Shown: one piece after another, positions 61,119 to 64,000 of the stretch
How positions within the stretch are numbered: position 1 is the stretch's first letter
How the letters are laid out: the number at the start of each line of letters is the position of its first letter
Assembly (NCBI GenBank): GCA_950097015.1
Contig: CATNEN010000014.1
Coordinates: 1,054,001-1,118,000, forward strand
DNA: 64,000 nucleotides
Direction of reading: 5' to 3'
From: Macrostomum hystrix
Taxonomy: Eukaryota > Animalia > Platyhelminthes
Position numbers and translations under genes: made by a program
The notes under the pieces: model-generated
What the model was told of the DNA's origin: nothing
The model's input: the letters and a program-made list of their open reading frames with translations, nothing else
The model's database searches: none

Positions 61119-63255
61119 ATGTCGACACTTCAAGGCGGTGCAGGCGGCGCTGGTCTGCCTGAGCACATCCTGGCGCTGCACTCAGGCGACAAACTCGTCC
61201 GCTGCGCCGCCTACATTGGCTCCTTCCCTGTGGAGGGGGCCGATCAGCGCCATCGAACCGAATTCGTGCACCAGCAGCTTGAGGCCATGCAGGGCTTTGG
61301 CCGGTCCCGACCTGTGCAGCTGTGGATTGCACTCACTGGCGTCAAAGTGTGCGACCAAACAGGAGAGCAGGTGAGCCATTGCTTTGTCTTATCCTCACTG
61401 ATCACTGGTGAATCTCATGCTCACTGCTCACTGGTCAATCCCATGCTCACTGCTCACTGGTCAATCTCAAGCTCACTCATCACTGGTCAATCACATGCTC
61501 ACTCATCACTGGTCAATCCCATGCTCACTCATCACTGGTCAATCACATGCTCACTCATCACTGGTCAATCCCATGCTCACTCATCACTGGTCAATCCCAT
61601 GCTCACTCATCACTGGTCAATCCCATGCTCACTCATCACTGGTCAATCCCATGCTCACTGCTCACTGGTCAATCTCAAGCTCACTGATCACGGTCGATCT
61701 CCTGCTCACTGATCACTGATCAATCACATGCTCACTCATCACTGGTCAATCCCATGCTCACTCATCACTGGTCAATCCCATGCTCACTCATCACTGGTCA
61801 ATCCCATGCTCACTCATCACTGGTCAATCCCATGCTCACTCATCACTGATCACTGCTCAGTCTCAATGGTCACACCGCTCATTGCCAGGTGCTGATGGCC
61901 CACGCCCTGCGCCGCATTTCGTACGCGAACTGCAACCCGGACCACCGGCAATTCGCCTTCATGGCCCGCGAGCCCAAGACGCAGGTCAGCCTGCAGTACT
62001 GCCACGCCTTCGTCACCGACAGCGCCCAGCTGGCAGAGGAGCTCAACAATCTGCTTGGCGACTGCTTCAAACTGGCGTACGCGCTCCAGCAGCAGCAGGA
62101 ACAGCGGAAGCAGCAGCAGCAGCCGCAGTTGCAACAGCTTCCGCCGCCGCAGCCACCGCCAACAGCCCAGCAGCTGCTGTTGAACAACGACAGCTCTGCC
62201 ACCATTATTGGCCGTCGCGGCGTCGGCGGCAGCAGCCTGCCCAGCAGTTTAGAATACCTGCGCCGCATCAACGCATTCGCTTTGAGCAATACCTGCGGCG
62301 GTCGCCAGCCAGCCCAGCCATCAGGCCCCGGCGCTCCTGTTGAGAACTTCCGCTCCGCCTACGGCAATCCAGTCATTGTGCTGAAGGAGTGCATCGATCA
62401 GTCCGTCACGGCCGGCGCCGGCGGCGGCATTCTCGTCGGTCCGGCCGCGCTGGCCGCTAGCGGCGGCGGATGGGACACTGTGGATGCCCCGACAGTGGCG
62501 CGGTCCGGCATCATCAACAACGGCTTGACGGCCGCCGCTGCCTCTTCAGTAGATGTTGAGTCGCCGCCGCCGCCGCTGCCGCATCGGTACGCCGCGCGCG
62601 CTTTTTCATTTTATTTCCTTACCTCGCTACTTTAAGTAGGCGATTAGTACCCTGCCCCGACTTTCCGCCTGCCCGCTACAGGAACGACAGCCTGCGGCCG
62701 AACTCCTCCGACCGCGGCCTCAATCAGTCGCTACCATCGGAGCTGACGCCGGCCGCCTGGTACCAGGCCGACCTGCCGCGCGATCTGGCCCTGGAGCTCC
62801 TCAGCCGGGAGGAGATCGGCGGCTTCATTGTGCGCGACAGCAGCACCCACGCCAACTGCTACGCCCTGTCCGTGCGGGTGCCCAAGAGCGACAATCCGTC
62901 CGGCTACGCGCACTACCTCATCCAGCGCACTGGCCGCGGCGTGAAGCTCAAGGGCCTGGCCAAGGAGTGGCCCAGCCTGCAGTCGCTGGTTTGCCACCTG
63001 TCTGTGATGCCCGAGATGCTGCCCTGCCCGCTGCGGCTGCCCCGACAGCAGGAGAACCCCATTTACTCCGAGCACCCGGTGGCTCCTGGCGGCGGCTTCG
63101 GCCTCCCCGGCTCTGCCGCTGGCGGTGGCGTTGCCGACGCGGAGCCGGAGGACCTGGCCGGCCAGCCGTGCCCCTACGGCCTGAACCTGCCGCCAGACGA
63201 GGACTATCAGCGGCTGTCTGACTTTAGCTCAATCATGGCCGAGCTCAGGGTTTAG
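61119..63255 (+). CDS. SH2D5: PTB + SH2 adaptor, SH2D5/EGFRAP-like (~507 aa); exons 61119-61370, 61889-62586, 62682-63255
   Basis: PTB: AAYIGSFPV ... VLMAHALRRISYANC..QFAFMAREP....YCHAF. SH2: AWYQADLPRDLALELL....GGFIVRDSSTHANCYALSVRV...HYLI...HLSVMPEMLPCPL. Two GT-AG introns join in frame (1524 nt). Confidence 0.85.
61395..61860 (+). repeat. 26-bp minisatellite (cactggtcaatcccatgctcactcat), ~18 copies, SH2D5 intron 1
   Basis: Direct reading. Confidence 0.93.
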
Positions 63256-63347
63256 CCAAGGTCGAATTTAGCTGAAATTTATCCTGAAAAACATTTATCT
63301 GTTAAATTGTTGCCCCTTTATTGTGTATTTAAATAGTTGCTTTTTGT

Positions 63348-63766
63348 CAGGGGTCGGCACCTATCAGCACCTGTTCTATGTGCACCGCGTGCTAAATATA
63401 GAATCCAAAAAACAGCTGGGAGATTAGACAGTGGAGAGATTAGACAGGGGAGAAATTAGACGGGAGAGATAAGACAGGTGAGAGATGAGACAAGTGAGAG
63501 ATGAGACAGGTGAGGGATTAGATTGGGGAGAAATTAGACGAGAGAGATGAGACAGTGGAGAGATTAGACGGGAGACATGAGACAGGTGAGAGATGAGACT
63601 GTTGAGAGATGAGACAGGTGAGGGATTAGATTGGGGAGAAATTAGACGAGAGAGATGAGACAGTGGAGAGATTAGATGGGAGAGATGTGACAGGTGAGAG
63701 ATGAGACCGGATTCGGGAGCTTGAAGGGCCGTATCAGGCCGGCTGGCCGAAGGTTGCTGACCCCCG
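63348..63766. mobile_element. Possible old hAT-type MITE containing a purine-rich minisatellite (63420-63710)
   Basis: Left end caggggtcggcacct; right end aggttgctgacccccg (imperfect inverted repeat of the CAGGGGTCGGCAAC type); putative 8-bp TSD matches at only 5/8. Confidence 0.5.
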
Positions 63767-64000
63767 CATAATGTAAACGCAGAGCTGCTACAATCAATGC
63801 AGTACTAATGCAGTAGATTCCTTAGCCGTGTTCATGCCTGTTACTATTTGCATGCCTGCTACCTGGAACAGTGACAGCAGCAGCTCAGCTATCACTGCAT
63901 CAACGATTGTTTGAGTCTCAGCCCGAAGTCTGGCTTTTTCTATCCGGTATTTAATCTAGTCCTTGCTTTGATTTACTCTGCATAGCACCTTTATATCTAT

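Overview
Eukaryotic (metazoan) genomic DNA with GC-rich exons and introns largely filled by minisatellites. The style suggests a free-living flatworm such as Macrostomum; this is inference only. Seven spliced protein-coding genes were reconstructed exon by exon with consistent splice phases: a secreted/GPI-type alpha-carbonic anhydrase (+, 914-6896), muscleblind (-, 28667-11676), a PPM1A/B-type PP2C phosphatase (-, 34212-32234, one GC-AG intron), TBL1XR1/ebi (+, 43218-47506), a calmodulin/myosin-light-chain-like EF-hand protein (-, 51379-49876), insulin-degrading enzyme (-, 58305-51472) and an SH2D5-like PTB+SH2 adaptor (+, 61119-63255). Most long ORFs in the supplied track are read-throughs of about 30 tandem-repeat arrays and are not genes. 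The AT-rich PP2C-TBL1 intergenic region holds two copies of a hAT-type MITE (14-bp TIRs, 8-bp TSDs), a decayed MULE transposase and a ~528-bp tandem triplication. The most interesting observations are three. (1) Intronic repeat arrays in muscleblind are made of splicing signals: YGCY plus branch-point units abut the 3' splice site of the KR-motif exon, and ~32 5'-splice-site mimics follow an intronic poly(A) signal downstream of exon 2. (2) The IDE stop and the proposed EF-hand start codon are only 92 nt apart, with a possible in-frame fusion splice. (3) The PP2C 3'UTR has a strong donor that could splice into muscleblind. All functional interpretations are hypotheses, and repeat boundaries are approximate.
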